From positions 1 to 45,008 of IMG/VR virus record IMGVR_UViG_3300029169_000006: DNA of 45,008 nt; one strand, written 5' to 3'. The stretch comes from a virus (lineage: Duplodnaviria > Caudoviricetes). A program made the translations under genes and the position numbers. The notes beneath the pieces are model-generated. The model was not told the DNA's origin and did not search any database. It saw only the letters and a list, made by a program, of their open reading frames with translations. Below are positions 36,945 to 44,356 of this stretch, one piece after another (within the stretch, counting starts at the first letter, position 1; every line of letters starts with the position of its first letter).

Positions 36945-37166
36945 TCATCTGTAATCCTCAATTCGTTCTAGCAGTGAGCGACCGTCGCGCCTGAGAGGGA
37001 TCAATATCTCGTTGTCCGCAAGCCAACCTTTCAAATCTTCGTTGTGAACCATTCCCGAAAATGCGGCATGTATGTCCGTCGCCTCTTTGGTGTCGATGTA
37101 TTCAACGAGATGAGCTATGGCGTTGATTGCAGCTAATAGTGCTTTGTCGTGGTTAGTCTCAGCCAT
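36945..37166 (-). CDS. Hypothetical protein
   Basis: Overlap-coupled in the leftward operon. Confidence 0.65.
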   Translation of the reverse strand: MAETNHDKALLAAINAIAHLVEYIDTKEATDIHAAFSGMVHNEDLKGWLADNEILIPLRRDGRSLLERIEDYR

Positions 37167-37611
37167 TTTCGTCTAGATCCTTTACGCCATTTAAGTAAAC
37201 TTCGTCATAGCGCCTATTCGGTGATGGGTCGATTAGTTTCTGTTCGGATTGGTCAGGTTCCTGCTGAATGAAATCACGAAGCGCCAGCAGATGCTCACCA
37301 GGAACCCTGTAGTCTGTTCTCGATGGATTGTTCACCGTTGAATTGACCCACACCATACTGCCCAATTCTCTAAGATTTCTGTTCTCAGCATACAGTGACC
37401 TAACCTTCTCAACGATCTCAGACGGTAGGATTCCCTGTGAGCCAAGAGCAACTATGATTTCGTCTTGCTGTTGTTGGTGCTCGTCAACCTCAGCAATCAG
37501 TCGCTCTATTTCTACGTCCTCATGATTCTTTTCCTCCATCCATTTTCCATCTTTAAATATTTCTACATAAGATTCCATGATTCGCATATCGCCGTTCTTT
37601 GGAGTTCTCAT
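37159..37611 (-). CDS. Hypothetical coiled-coil protein (EIERL motif)
   Basis: DVEIERLIAE; ATGA coupling. Confidence 0.65.
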   Translation of the reverse strand: MRTPKNGDMRIMESYVEIFKDGKWMEEKNHEDVEIERLIAEVDEHQQQQDEIIVALGSQGILPSEIVEKVRSLYAENRNLRELGSMVWVNSTVNNPSRTDYRVPGEHLLALRDFIQQEPDQSEQKLIDPSPNRRYDEVYLNGVKDLDENG

Positions 37612-38000
37612 CGCTGATTACCTGAAGCAGTGGCTACCGCTGTAGGCGCCAACGCGCTGCCGTAGTGACAGCATGTTTTCTTGTGTGTGCGAACAACCCC
37701 ATCATCATCTGATTTTTCCTGGCACATCGGACACCGCCACGCTCTTCGTCGAGTATCGGTGACATCGTTAATAACCCCCTCGACGAGGGCGTTGGCTGCC
37801 TTACCGTCCATGCCGCAGGCCACTAGCACGTTACGAAATTTAGCAATTAGTGCGCTGTTTTCGGTAGTCAGGCGTTCGATCTCATCGATTGCGCCCTGAA
37901 CTATCGAATGGTCAAGCGTTCCTTCATCCTCAGTCTCTAGCTTGGATTTTAGGCACAACAAGACGGCTACTGGATCGTGGCTCATCGCTGACTGCCTGAA
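37607..38000 (-). repeat. 20-bp imperfect direct repeat bracketing ORF 37608-37985
   Basis: CTCATCGCTGATTACCTGAA (37607-37626) vs CTCATCGCTGACTGCCTGAA (37981-38000); both encode SG.QR-stop overlapping an ATG. Confidence 0.88.
37608..37985 (-). CDS. Hypothetical protein (DEIERLT motif, C-terminal CxxC)
   Basis: ATGA coupling on both sides. Confidence 0.65.
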   Translation of the reverse strand: MSHDPVAVLLCLKSKLETEDEGTLDHSIVQGAIDEIERLTTENSALIAKFRNVLVACGMDGKAANALVEGVINDVTDTRRRAWRCPMCQEKSDDDGVVRTHKKTCCHYGSALAPTAVATASGNQR

Positions 38001-38299
38001 TCAAGAACATCGTTGCACGCTGCCCATATTTCCATCATTACGGTTCCCGGCTTTTTATCGCCAGCGCCTTGATACCAGTCACCAGATAGCTTTTGAATTG
38101 TCTTGAGAGCAGCAAGCGCGGTTTTGCTCTCAGCCGTCAGGCGCTCTATTTCGTCTGCCAGCTCCGCGATTCTTCGGCCTGCGCACTGAATATCGCTACT
38201 GGATGACACGCTAATAGCATTCAATAGCTGCTCGTTCGTCATTTCCGTAACGAAATAATCATCGCCGTTTTGTCTATAATGTTTTTCTACGAAACTCAT
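37982..38299 (-). CDS. Hypothetical protein (DEIERLT motif)
   Basis: ADEIERLTAE; coupled to the downstream gene. Confidence 0.65.
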   Translation of the reverse strand: MSFVEKHYRQNGDDYFVTEMTNEQLLNAISVSSSSDIQCAGRRIAELADEIERLTAESKTALAALKTIQKLSGDWYQGAGDKKPGTVMMEIWAACNDVLDSGSQR

Positions 38300-38314
38300 A
38301 ATCTATATCACTAC

Positions 38315-38503
38315 CTAGTTATCACAACCACGCCCAAACATATCAGGCACACATTGCTCTGTAGGTTCTGGCTGTGTTGATACGGTCGAAATAACCACAT
38401 AAGTTATCCCTGCAAATACGAATATAATCAGGTACGCAGTGATCAATGTTCGAATGTCTTCGCTTGTCCTGCCGTCGTCACGTCTTCGATTATTAGCTAA
38501 CAT
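38315..38503 (-). CDS. Small single-TM protein
   Basis: LITAYLIIFVFAGITYVVI; AGGTG upstream. Confidence 0.6.
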   Translation of the reverse strand: MLANNRRRDDGRTSEDIRTLITAYLIIFVFAGITYVVISTVSTQPEPTEQCVPDMFGRGCDN

Positions 38504-38512
38504 AAGTCACCT

Positions 38513-38701
38513 TTAGTTTTGTTCCTGTACGTCTGTGACAGGTGTTTTGTAGTTTTGCCTTCCTGAACCCACACAGGGGCCATGTGATAACTGAATTGCC
38601 GCACCCTTGAGCCTCTCAGTTAAGGCCCGATGCTCTACAAGTCGTCCCTCATCGCCTACCGGAACGTGTTGGAGACAATAGCCACAGATTCGCTTAATCA
38701 C
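38513..38701 (-). CDS. Small Cys/His protein
   Basis: CGYC...H...CVGSG pattern. Confidence 0.6.
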   Translation of the reverse strand: MIKRICGYCLQHVPVGDEGRLVEHRALTERLKGAAIQLSHGPCVGSGRQNYKTPVTDVQEQN

Positions 38702-38852
38702 GGTTTTGATCCCTGTCGTCAGAATCTTTAGGCGGCAATAAGCCTGCCTCTACCATTTGCTTGTCAAACTCTCGAATGCCATCCCGTCTACCAGCAAGAA
38801 AACTAGCGAAGGCAACGCCTATTAAGAGCATCCAAAAAATTATTGGGTCCAT
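38694..38852 (-). CDS. Small N-terminal TM protein (52 aa, not in ORF track)
   Basis: MDPIIFWMLLIGVAFASFLAGRRDG; GGAGG RBS. Confidence 0.55.
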   Translation of the reverse strand: MDPIIFWMLLIGVAFASFLAGRRDGIREFDKQMVEAGLLPPKDSDDRDQNRD

Positions 38853-39081
38853 CGTTACTATCCTCCGCCGCTCTTACATGGCACCGCGAACACTTCGCCA
38901 TCAAATACCTTGATGCGGTATCCAGCCTCAATCAAAGCCCTAACATCTTGCATTGTTCTGTTCGATACGTTGATCATGTCATCTCCTTTAGTTTAGTTGC
39001 CCCGATATTCCCGACACTCGGGGCCACATGCCAAACTAGGACTCCTCGATCATTTTTGAACAAGGTGGGCCTTGGGATCAT

Positions 39082-39510
39082 TTAGATATCTTTCCAGCTT
39101 CTGTTGTGCCGAATGTCAGAAATAGTCATTTGTGACACTCCGTATTTTTTAGCCAAATCAGCCCTGTCGCCATGCCTTGGCTTTGTCGACCTGATCTCTT
39201 TAACGTCAGCATGGGTTAGTTTTGTTGACGACCCTCTACGCTGATTCTCTGTAATACTGACCAACTCAAGGTGGTGAGGGTTTACACACCTTCTATTCCG
39301 GCAAAGGTGATCAACAGTTAGTGAGTTATCTATCTTTCCAAACAGCATCATCCAAACCCACCTATGAGCCAACCATGCTTCGTTGTGCCATTGCTTCTTT
39401 CCATATCCTGTGCGCTTGTTGACCGACCCAATCCAATTCCAGCAGTCGCCTGGATTGTCACCAATCTGCACAAGCTTCTTGTATCGGGTTCCGGGCTTAT
39501 GTCCTCTCAT
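39082..39510 (-). CDS. HNH homing endonuclease with C-terminal HTH
   Basis: CWNWIG..GYG..AHR..DHLCRNRRCVNPHHLE..EN; LAKKYGVSQMTI. Confidence 0.92.
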   Translation of the reverse strand: MRGHKPGTRYKKLVQIGDNPGDCWNWIGSVNKRTGYGKKQWHNEAWLAHRWVWMMLFGKIDNSLTVDHLCRNRRCVNPHHLELVSITENQRRGSSTKLTHADVKEIRSTKPRHGDRADLAKKYGVSQMTISDIRHNRSWKDI

Positions 39511-39534
39511 TGTTTGATGATAACATACACCTTC

Positions 39535-40065
39535 TTAAAAAGGAATGTCCGAGTCATCAAAATCTTGTGGTGCAGGGTTTTCGGACTGCATTGCAAAATC
39601 GTTATCACCAATCGCAGGATGGGTCTGCATGTTTGGCGCTCGATACACCCCGCCCCACGATTTGTATTTGGTATAGAGCATTGTGTAGGTATTCCAGGCT
39701 TCTTCTGCGCTCGTATGACTAACAGACTTGGTTAGCGCTTGGGCTACGATAGATGCGTCACGGTCTATTGCAGATTCTTGTTTTGCGGGTTGTGCTTGCT
39801 GTACAGGCGCTTGTGCAGGCTGAGGATTGTTCTGCATGGCTTGGTTCATAGCTTGATCTGCTGGACCCATGCCTGACGGTGCATATTCATTGATCCACTT
39901 CATTGTTTTGCCATTCCACTCACTGAGGGATGGCTCAAACGTGATCATCTGACCCTGCATTTCACGGAATTCCCAGCACTTTGATGTGTACCACTCGTTT
40001 CCGACCTTAACGGAAATGGTCTTTCCGGATTGCGAGTCTCTTACTTCTGCTATCGTGCCCTGCAT
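39535..40065 (-). CDS. Single-stranded DNA-binding protein-like
   Basis: OB-like N-terminus, Gln/Pro linker, acidic tip DFDDSDIPF; GGAG RBS and TAATG coupling set the start at 40065. Confidence 0.65.
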   Translation of the reverse strand: MQGTIAEVRDSQSGKTISVKVGNEWYTSKCWEFREMQGQMITFEPSLSEWNGKTMKWINEYAPSGMGPADQAMNQAMQNNPQPAQAPVQQAQPAKQESAIDRDASIVAQALTKSVSHTSAEEAWNTYTMLYTKYKSWGGVYRAPNMQTHPAIGDNDFAMQSENPAPQDFDDSDIPF

Positions 40066-40451
40066 TACGCTTTCTCCATCTCGACGGTTCTCTCGCCGGT
40101 AAATATTTGTTTGATGTTCTCGGGTATGCCGGTGTGCTCTGGATGGTATTTGTCTGCGTATTTTCGCAAGACATTGGCACAAGCGTCTGCGTTGGCCGTC
40201 CAACCATAAGCTAGGGAATGCATTCGCTTATAAAACGAATGGCCGTAGTCATTTGTAATCGACAGGTGGCTATAGACAGTACCTGTATCCGTCCATTCCT
40301 GAATATTCAGATGATGTGCAATCCAACCAATGGCACAACCCGGCGTTCCACAGTCGTGCGATGGGTCCTTAGTAGAGTCAAAATCAAAAAGATTTGGGTA
40401 TTTCTCAATGCTGTCAGCAGCCTTCAGGATTGCTTGTCTAATCTCCATCAC
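40065..40451 (-). CDS. Conserved phage hypothetical protein (CGT..CAIGW motif)
   Basis: GAGGTGA RBS; motif common in phage proteins. Confidence 0.7.
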   Translation of the reverse strand: MMEIRQAILKAADSIEKYPNLFDFDSTKDPSHDCGTPGCAIGWIAHHLNIQEWTDTGTVYSHLSITNDYGHSFYKRMHSLAYGWTANADACANVLRKYADKYHPEHTGIPENIKQIFTGERTVEMEKA

Positions 40452-40611
40452 TCACCTCGTATTTATCTTTGTATTCATAGCCGGCACTAAAACCCCTATG
40501 CCATGACTGGGCGATTAAGTCTTTAGCCCATTGCTTGTCTATGTCCGGGTTGTCTCTGACTCTCTCAGATACAATCTCGTTTAAGTCTTTGTCCACCTGT
40601 TCAGAGATCAT
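40438..40611 (-). CDS. Hypothetical protein (57 aa, not in ORF track)
   Basis: MISEQVDKDLNEIV...GFSAGYEY; fills the operon gap. Confidence 0.55.
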   Translation of the reverse strand: MISEQVDKDLNEIVSERVRDNPDIDKQWAKDLIAQSWHRGFSAGYEYKDKYEVSDGD

Positions 40612-40727
40612 CTAACCAACCCCCGTAATCACAAGAGATGCGCGAATCAATATGAGTAGAATCAGCCCTGTCACCACTCCGCCCCTCCATCCACTCATAG
40701 GGTGCCAAAACCAATAACCATTGAATT

Positions 40728-40931
40728 TCACCCCACATACTCCTGTTTAGCCGCCGCTAGCGCCCATCCCGCTTGCGCCAAAGAGGGAGCTAGGTCTTTG
40801 CAATTAAAATCATCCAGCCTGAACAAATCCCAAGGGCTGTCCATGTCCATAATTTCTGGATGGGTCTTGATCAAATCAACAATTCGATCTCGCAGTGTGT
40901 TCGCTGTATCTACATATTGCGGATGCATCAC
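40728..40931 (-). CDS. Hypothetical protein
   Basis: AGGAG/GAGGTGA RBS; bracketed by a direct repeat. Confidence 0.7.
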   Translation of the reverse strand: MMHPQYVDTANTLRDRIVDLIKTHPEIMDMDSPWDLFRLDDFNCKDLAPSLAQAGWALAAAKQEYVG

Positions 40932-40953
40932 CTCACATACTCCTGTTCAGCCG
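40728..40953 (-). repeat. 26-bp imperfect direct repeat bracketing ORF 40728-40931
   Basis: TCACC(C/T)CACATACTCCTGTT(T/C)AGCCG at 40728-40753 and 40928-40953; contains AGGAG and GTGA on the coding strand. Confidence 0.92.
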
Positions 40954-41223
40954 TCATTTGGCTGTCACCTCAAATTGATACTCATTTCCGCCTGACGGTG
41001 ATGTAACAAGCCTTCTTTTCACATACCCCTTATCGAATAGTTTTTTCATAACCATCGACGAGTGGCTGGGCTGGAAACAAAAGACCGCGCTAACCTGAAA
41101 CGATGAAAAATCCCGATACTGGGAAAAATGATTTAAAACCTCAGCCTCTTGATCTGTCAGCATAAGGCGCTGGATACGCTCTCTGTCGGAGACAATAATC
41201 TGTCGAAGCTTAGAGTCTTTCAT
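40954..41223 (-). CDS. Winged-helix DNA-binding protein (MarR/BlaI-like)
   Basis: LTDQEAEVL..HSSMVMKKLFDKGYVKR..SPSGG.EY. Confidence 0.65.
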   Translation of the reverse strand: MKDSKLRQIIVSDRERIQRLMLTDQEAEVLNHFSQYRDFSSFQVSAVFCFQPSHSSMVMKKLFDKGYVKRRLVTSPSGGNEYQFEVTAK

Positions 41224-41597
41224 CCCACCCTCTCATTCTCAGCCATACGGCGATCAGTCAATTTAGCTTTCTCAGCTCTTTCTACCAGTCGCTCAATATG
41301 GTGATCGATAATAAAGCCACGATCCTTATATCTGGGCTGGCAATTGGGCATGAATCCTGTAATCCACTTCCAGGCGGCCTCAGAGTCCGCGTAGAAGACG
41401 TAACGACCATCTTCTAGTGCATAGGTCTCGAAATCGAAAAACTGCCCGTAATCGCCATCTGTGATCTCTAAGGGCGTACCGTACTCGGTAGCTTCTGGCT
41501 CATAGGCTGGTATGGCGTAGGTGTATGAGAAGTATTCGAGGTCTGTTGAGCTAAATCGTGTAGACCCGATCTCTTCAAGTGTTTCTCTTAAGTTCAT
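41220..41597 (-). CDS. Hypothetical protein, first gene of the leftward operon
   Basis: GGAG RBS downstream of a strong leftward promoter. Confidence 0.7.
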   Translation of the reverse strand: MNLRETLEEIGSTRFSSTDLEYFSYTYAIPAYEPEATEYGTPLEITDGDYGQFFDFETYALEDGRYVFYADSEAAWKWITGFMPNCQPRYKDRGFIIDHHIERLVERAEKAKLTDRRMAENERVG

Positions 41598-41623
41598 TTA
41601 GTTTCTCCGCTTCAGTTTCAACA

Positions 41624-41652
41624 AGCATATATCAGGGTTGCGCAGATGTCAA
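41624..41652 (-). promoter_or_regulatory. Leftward early sigma70 promoter
   Basis: TTGACA-17nt-TATGCT on the minus strand. Confidence 0.8.
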
Positions 41653-41666
41653 CACCGTGTTATGAT
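41638..41666 (+). promoter_or_regulatory. Rightward early sigma70 promoter
   Basis: TTGCGC-17nt-TATGAT with extended -10 TG; ATG 7 nt downstream. Confidence 0.7.
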
Positions 41667-41673
41667 TCATTTC

Positions 41674-41853
41674 ATGAAGACAAGCGAAGCAGTAGATCAT
41701 TTCGGCTCAAAGGCAGCAGTAGCAAGGGCTATAGGCCGAGACAAGTCGAGAGTAACTAGGTGGGGAGATATCGTCCCTTTGAATCATGCGTTGACCTTAG
41801 AGAAGATATCCAGAGGTAAGGTTGAGCTAGTATTGGCGGATTATCGTGACTGA
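41674..41853 (+). CDS. cro: Cro-like HTH repressor, probably leaderless
   Basis: MKTSEAVDHFGSKAAVARAIG...VTRWGDIVP...LEKISRGK, typical of the P22/N15-type Cro family. Confidence 0.85.
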   Translation: MKTSEAVDHFGSKAAVARAIGRDKSRVTRWGDIVPLNHALTLEKISRGKVELVLADYRD

Positions 41854-42145
41854 AGACGAAGCAAAAAAGAGATGGTGTCCCTTTGCTGCGAGCCGCTCGG
41901 TTGAGCGCGGTACTGCAACCAGGCACATCACGGTTACTAGCTGGTTAACGAATAAGGACGAGCCAGACAGCTTTAATATCAGGTGCATAGGCTCAGACTG
42001 TATGGCATGGCGGTGGAAGCATGTTTTCAGCACTAATGACGCACACAGGCCGAGCAGACCTGACGGTGTGGTAGCTACCGTTGATGTTATTGGCGAAACA
42101 GAGACTTGGCACTTGAACGGCTATTGCGGGTTGGCAGGCAAATGA
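41846..42145 (+). CDS. Cys-containing phage hypothetical protein
   Basis: TEDEAK.RWCP..CIGSDCMAWRW..GYCGLAG family pattern. Confidence 0.75.
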   Translation: MTEDEAKKRWCPFAASRSVERGTATRHITVTSWLTNKDEPDSFNIRCIGSDCMAWRWKHVFSTNDAHRPSRPDGVVATVDVIGETETWHLNGYCGLAGK

Positions 42146-42462
42146 ATGATCGTGATCTGGCTGATGCAATAGTAGGGCTTGGTGTCGGACAGCTTGTGCA
42201 GCTCGGGGCTGACGACCCTAGGTGGTATCAAACCCCCACTGCGTATGCGATTAACGGAGACTTTCCGTTCTACACGAAAGAGTTTGTCGGAAGTTGGTTG
42301 GTTGCAGGCGCATTGATGGAGAAGCTGGAGTATTCGATAGAAATTATGCCCGTGGCTAATCATTTCGTGGTCACCATCCTTGCAGATAAAGTGGTCAACG
42401 AATCACTCCCTCGCGCAATCAATGAAGCTTTTGTAGCTGCCTTACAAGGTGAGAAACGATGA
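42142..42462 (+). CDS. Phage ABA-sandwich-like protein
   Basis: MNDRDLADAI..W.VAGALMEK..ESLPRAINEA. Confidence 0.6.
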   Translation: MNDRDLADAIVGLGVGQLVQLGADDPRWYQTPTAYAINGDFPFYTKEFVGSWLVAGALMEKLEYSIEIMPVANHFVVTILADKVVNESLPRAINEAFVAALQGEKR

Positions 42463-42650
42463 GCGTTTGCTTAGGAAAGCTCACTTGTCGGGGAACGCAA
42501 GCGGATCGAGATATTGAGGTCTGGTGTAGCAACTATGACGATGATGAGATCTGGCTTCTTGTTGATAGAGAAAGCATAGATGTTGAGATCACTCTCGATC
42601 AAAGGCAAATGCAGGAGCTGTCGGTAATTATCGATAGGTTCCTATCTTGA
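42459..42650 (+). CDS. Hypothetical protein
   Basis: ATGA coupling. Confidence 0.6.
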   Translation: MSVCLGKLTCRGTQADRDIEVWCSNYDDDEIWLLVDRESIDVEITLDQRQMQELSVIIDRFLS

Positions 42651-42662
42651 GCGATAAAAACC

Positions 42663-42998
42663 ATGAATAACGAACAGTACATACGCAAGGCTGTAGAGCT
42701 AGCGGACGGGTGGTCGATTGGCGAGATGAATAGCGATGTTGTGCATATTCCGGACACCGCATATCACGGCTACATTGATCTCACCTACGTCAAAGACGCG
42801 TTAGCAGCTCAATTAGTGCGCCAGGTTGATGCGCTGCCCAATGAATATCACTTGGTGTCTGGTCGGGAGTCGTTACTGATAGAGATCGATGACGAAGCCG
42901 AGGGCATGGGATTTAAAAACATTGCGTGGGTCGAAGGCCCAGACCGGACCATGAATTCCATCAAAGCTATTATCGACAGTGGGGTGCTTAGTGAATAA
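42663..42998 (+). CDS. Hypothetical protein, possibly ABA-sandwich-related
   Basis: MNNE..AVELADGW; starts with the same TGAATAACGAA as the next gene. Confidence 0.6.
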   Translation: MNNEQYIRKAVELADGWSIGEMNSDVVHIPDTAYHGYIDLTYVKDALAAQLVRQVDALPNEYHLVSGRESLLIEIDDEAEGMGFKNIAWVEGPDRTMNSIKAIIDSGVLSE

Positions 42999-43275
42999 CG
43001 AAGACAGAATAAAGCTTGCCGAGGCGATGGATTGGGTTACCACAAGTGAGTTCGTGACGCCGCACGGATACTCACCAGACGTTGCAACACCAAGGCCGTT
43101 ACCCGACCCATTCACAGACGCTAACGATGACTATGCTTGTTTAACCTGGATGTCAGATAAGGGTTGGTTTGATACTGGTGGCAAGGCTCGTCATGTAGTT
43201 CCAATGCAAGCAGAAATGTTTTGTTACCAAATAGGCGACTTCGCCAGAGCTGCGTTAAAGGTCTTAGATGAATAA
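42991..43275 (+). CDS. ABA-sandwich-related phage protein
   Basis: IKLAEAMDW..LPDPFTDAND..ARAALKVL; GTG start. Confidence 0.55.
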   Translation: MNNEDRIKLAEAMDWVTTSEFVTPHGYSPDVATPRPLPDPFTDANDDYACLTWMSDKGWFDTGGKARHVVPMQAEMFCYQIGDFARAALKVLDE

Positions 43276-43429
43276 CTACATCCCAAGCCACAGATACGAG
43301 AAGTTTATCAAGATACCGGCTTATCTGGATTGTCGTGGGCCAAAAGAAAAGAAGCCTAGAAACCCGTGGTTTTTTGATACAAAACCCGTGCCTTGGCCAG
43401 AGAACCCAAGCAATGAACTACACCAGTAA
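43268..43429 (+). CDS. Small hypothetical protein (53 aa, not in ORF track)
   Basis: MNNYIPSHRYEKFIKIPAY...; overlaps the previous stop. Confidence 0.45.
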   Translation: MNNYIPSHRYEKFIKIPAYLDCRGPKEKKPRNPWFFDTKPVPWPENPSNELHQ

Positions 43430-43592
43430 GGGCTATTCCAGGGGCTTACAGTACGATATCTGCCCTGTCTGCAGACGAGAGGGCCAGTGTGTGAGGACTT
43501 TGTTAGATGGTCGGGAAACGTACCGTGACAGCCCACACAGGGAGCGTAACAGGGCTTTGAATCCAGAGGGTGTTAGGAGGTTTCATGAGTGA
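43413..43592 (+). CDS. Small hypothetical protein with CPVC
   Basis: Internal ATG of the 43335 ORF; overlaps the next gene. Confidence 0.45.
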   Translation: MNYTSKGYSRGLQYDICPVCRREGQCVRTLLDGRETYRDSPHRERNRALNPEGVRRFHE

Positions 43593-43890
43593 TTTGGACT
43601 TCGGTGATTTTTGCCTAATAGAACAACATCGCTACGGATGCGAGAACGAAATGTATTTGCATAAGGTCATCAATCGACTGAACTCAAATTCATACGTAAC
43701 GGTTCCTGTTGATTCTGGTAAGGCTGGCACCAAGCATATTATGGGCGAGATGACTGAGGTTGTGAGTTGTATCTGTTGTGGGCTTCAGGAAACAGAGGTT
43801 CGTAAGTACAGGGTAGTAGATGTTAAGCCAAACAACGCTTTCAGAGAATCAGGTAGGGTAAATTTTAACGAAGATAGAATTGAGCCGTAA
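43585..43890 (+). CDS. Hypothetical protein
   Basis: AGGAGG RBS before ATG 43585. Confidence 0.7.
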   Translation: MSDLDFGDFCLIEQHRYGCENEMYLHKVINRLNSNSYVTVPVDSGKAGTKHIMGEMTEVVSCICCGLQETEVRKYRVVDVKPNNAFRESGRVNFNEDRIEP

Positions 43891-43892
43891 TA

Positions 43893-43955
43893 TGTCGGGC
43901 GCAGGGGATCATGGTCCCTTGTTACAACAACACCTTATCGGATGGGTGTCTGACA
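43893..43955 (+). other. Hairpin cluster at the start of the non-coding region
   Basis: TGTCGGGC/GTCTGACA around GCAGGGGAT/GTCCCTTGT; an alternative ACACCT/GGGTGT helix overlaps the outer 3' arm. Confidence 0.5.
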
Positions 43956-43975
43956 GAATAAATCCGGTGGCTCAG

Positions 43976-44077
43976 AGTGTTTTGATTTGGTGGTCTGTCG
44001 ATGAGGTTTGATTCCAACGGACGGCAGCGCAAGCTGATACGCGGGTAGACAGTATCGGGCCACCAACTCAAAGCATT
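43976..44077 (+). ncRNA. Structured RNA unit A closed by the conserved long stem
   Basis: AGTGTTTTGA-T-TTGGTGGTC pairs with GGCCACCAA-C-TCAAAGCATT; inside CAGC-GCAA-GCTG tetraloop, GATAC/GTATC, CTGTC/GACGG. Confidence 0.72.
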
Positions 44078-44150
44078 AGGAACAGGAACTTTTAACTTTA
44101 AGAGGACAGGACAATGACACAGGCCGGGGGAAAGCCTCGGCAGCAATGAG

Positions 44151-44276
44151 AGTGTTTTGATGGTGGTTCAATCGTGGCCTGTAACATGGTGCAGAAGCTC
44201 GTCTTAGCGAGGCGGGCAAAGGCCGGGTGTATAGACCGGATATGCGATGGCAGCGCCTGGCCACCTTCAAAGCATT
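44151..44276 (+). ncRNA. Structured RNA unit B closed by the conserved long stem
   Basis: AGTGTTTTGA-T-GGTGGTT pairs with GGCCACC-T-TCAAAGCATT; inside CTCG/CGAG and CCGG/CCGG hairpins. Confidence 0.7.
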
Positions 44277-44337
44277 GGCAGTGAGGTAACAAAGGCTACG
44301 GCCCTTTCAGGTTACGGCTTGAATAGCCTCTCTGCCA
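44276..44337 (+). other. Additional stem-loop with UACG tetraloop
   Basis: TGGCAGTGAGG/CCTCTCTGCCA enclosing TTCAGGT-TACG-GCTTGAA. Confidence 0.5.
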
Positions 44338-44356
44338 TCTTAACGGGAGAATAACG

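Noticed and set aside
39535-40203. 222-aa version of the SSB-like ORF
   Set aside because: The upstream extension overlaps ORF 40065-40451; the RBS and TAATG coupling point to a start at 40065
43922-44292. Minus-strand ORFs in the structured region
   Set aside because: Opposite to local transcription, with no RBS or motifs
43891-44340. Canonical tRNA genes or a CRISPR array
   Set aside because: No complete cloverleaf with D, anticodon and T arms is visible. The repeats are paired arms enclosing folded inserts, not identical repeats with regular spacers, and no cas genes are present.
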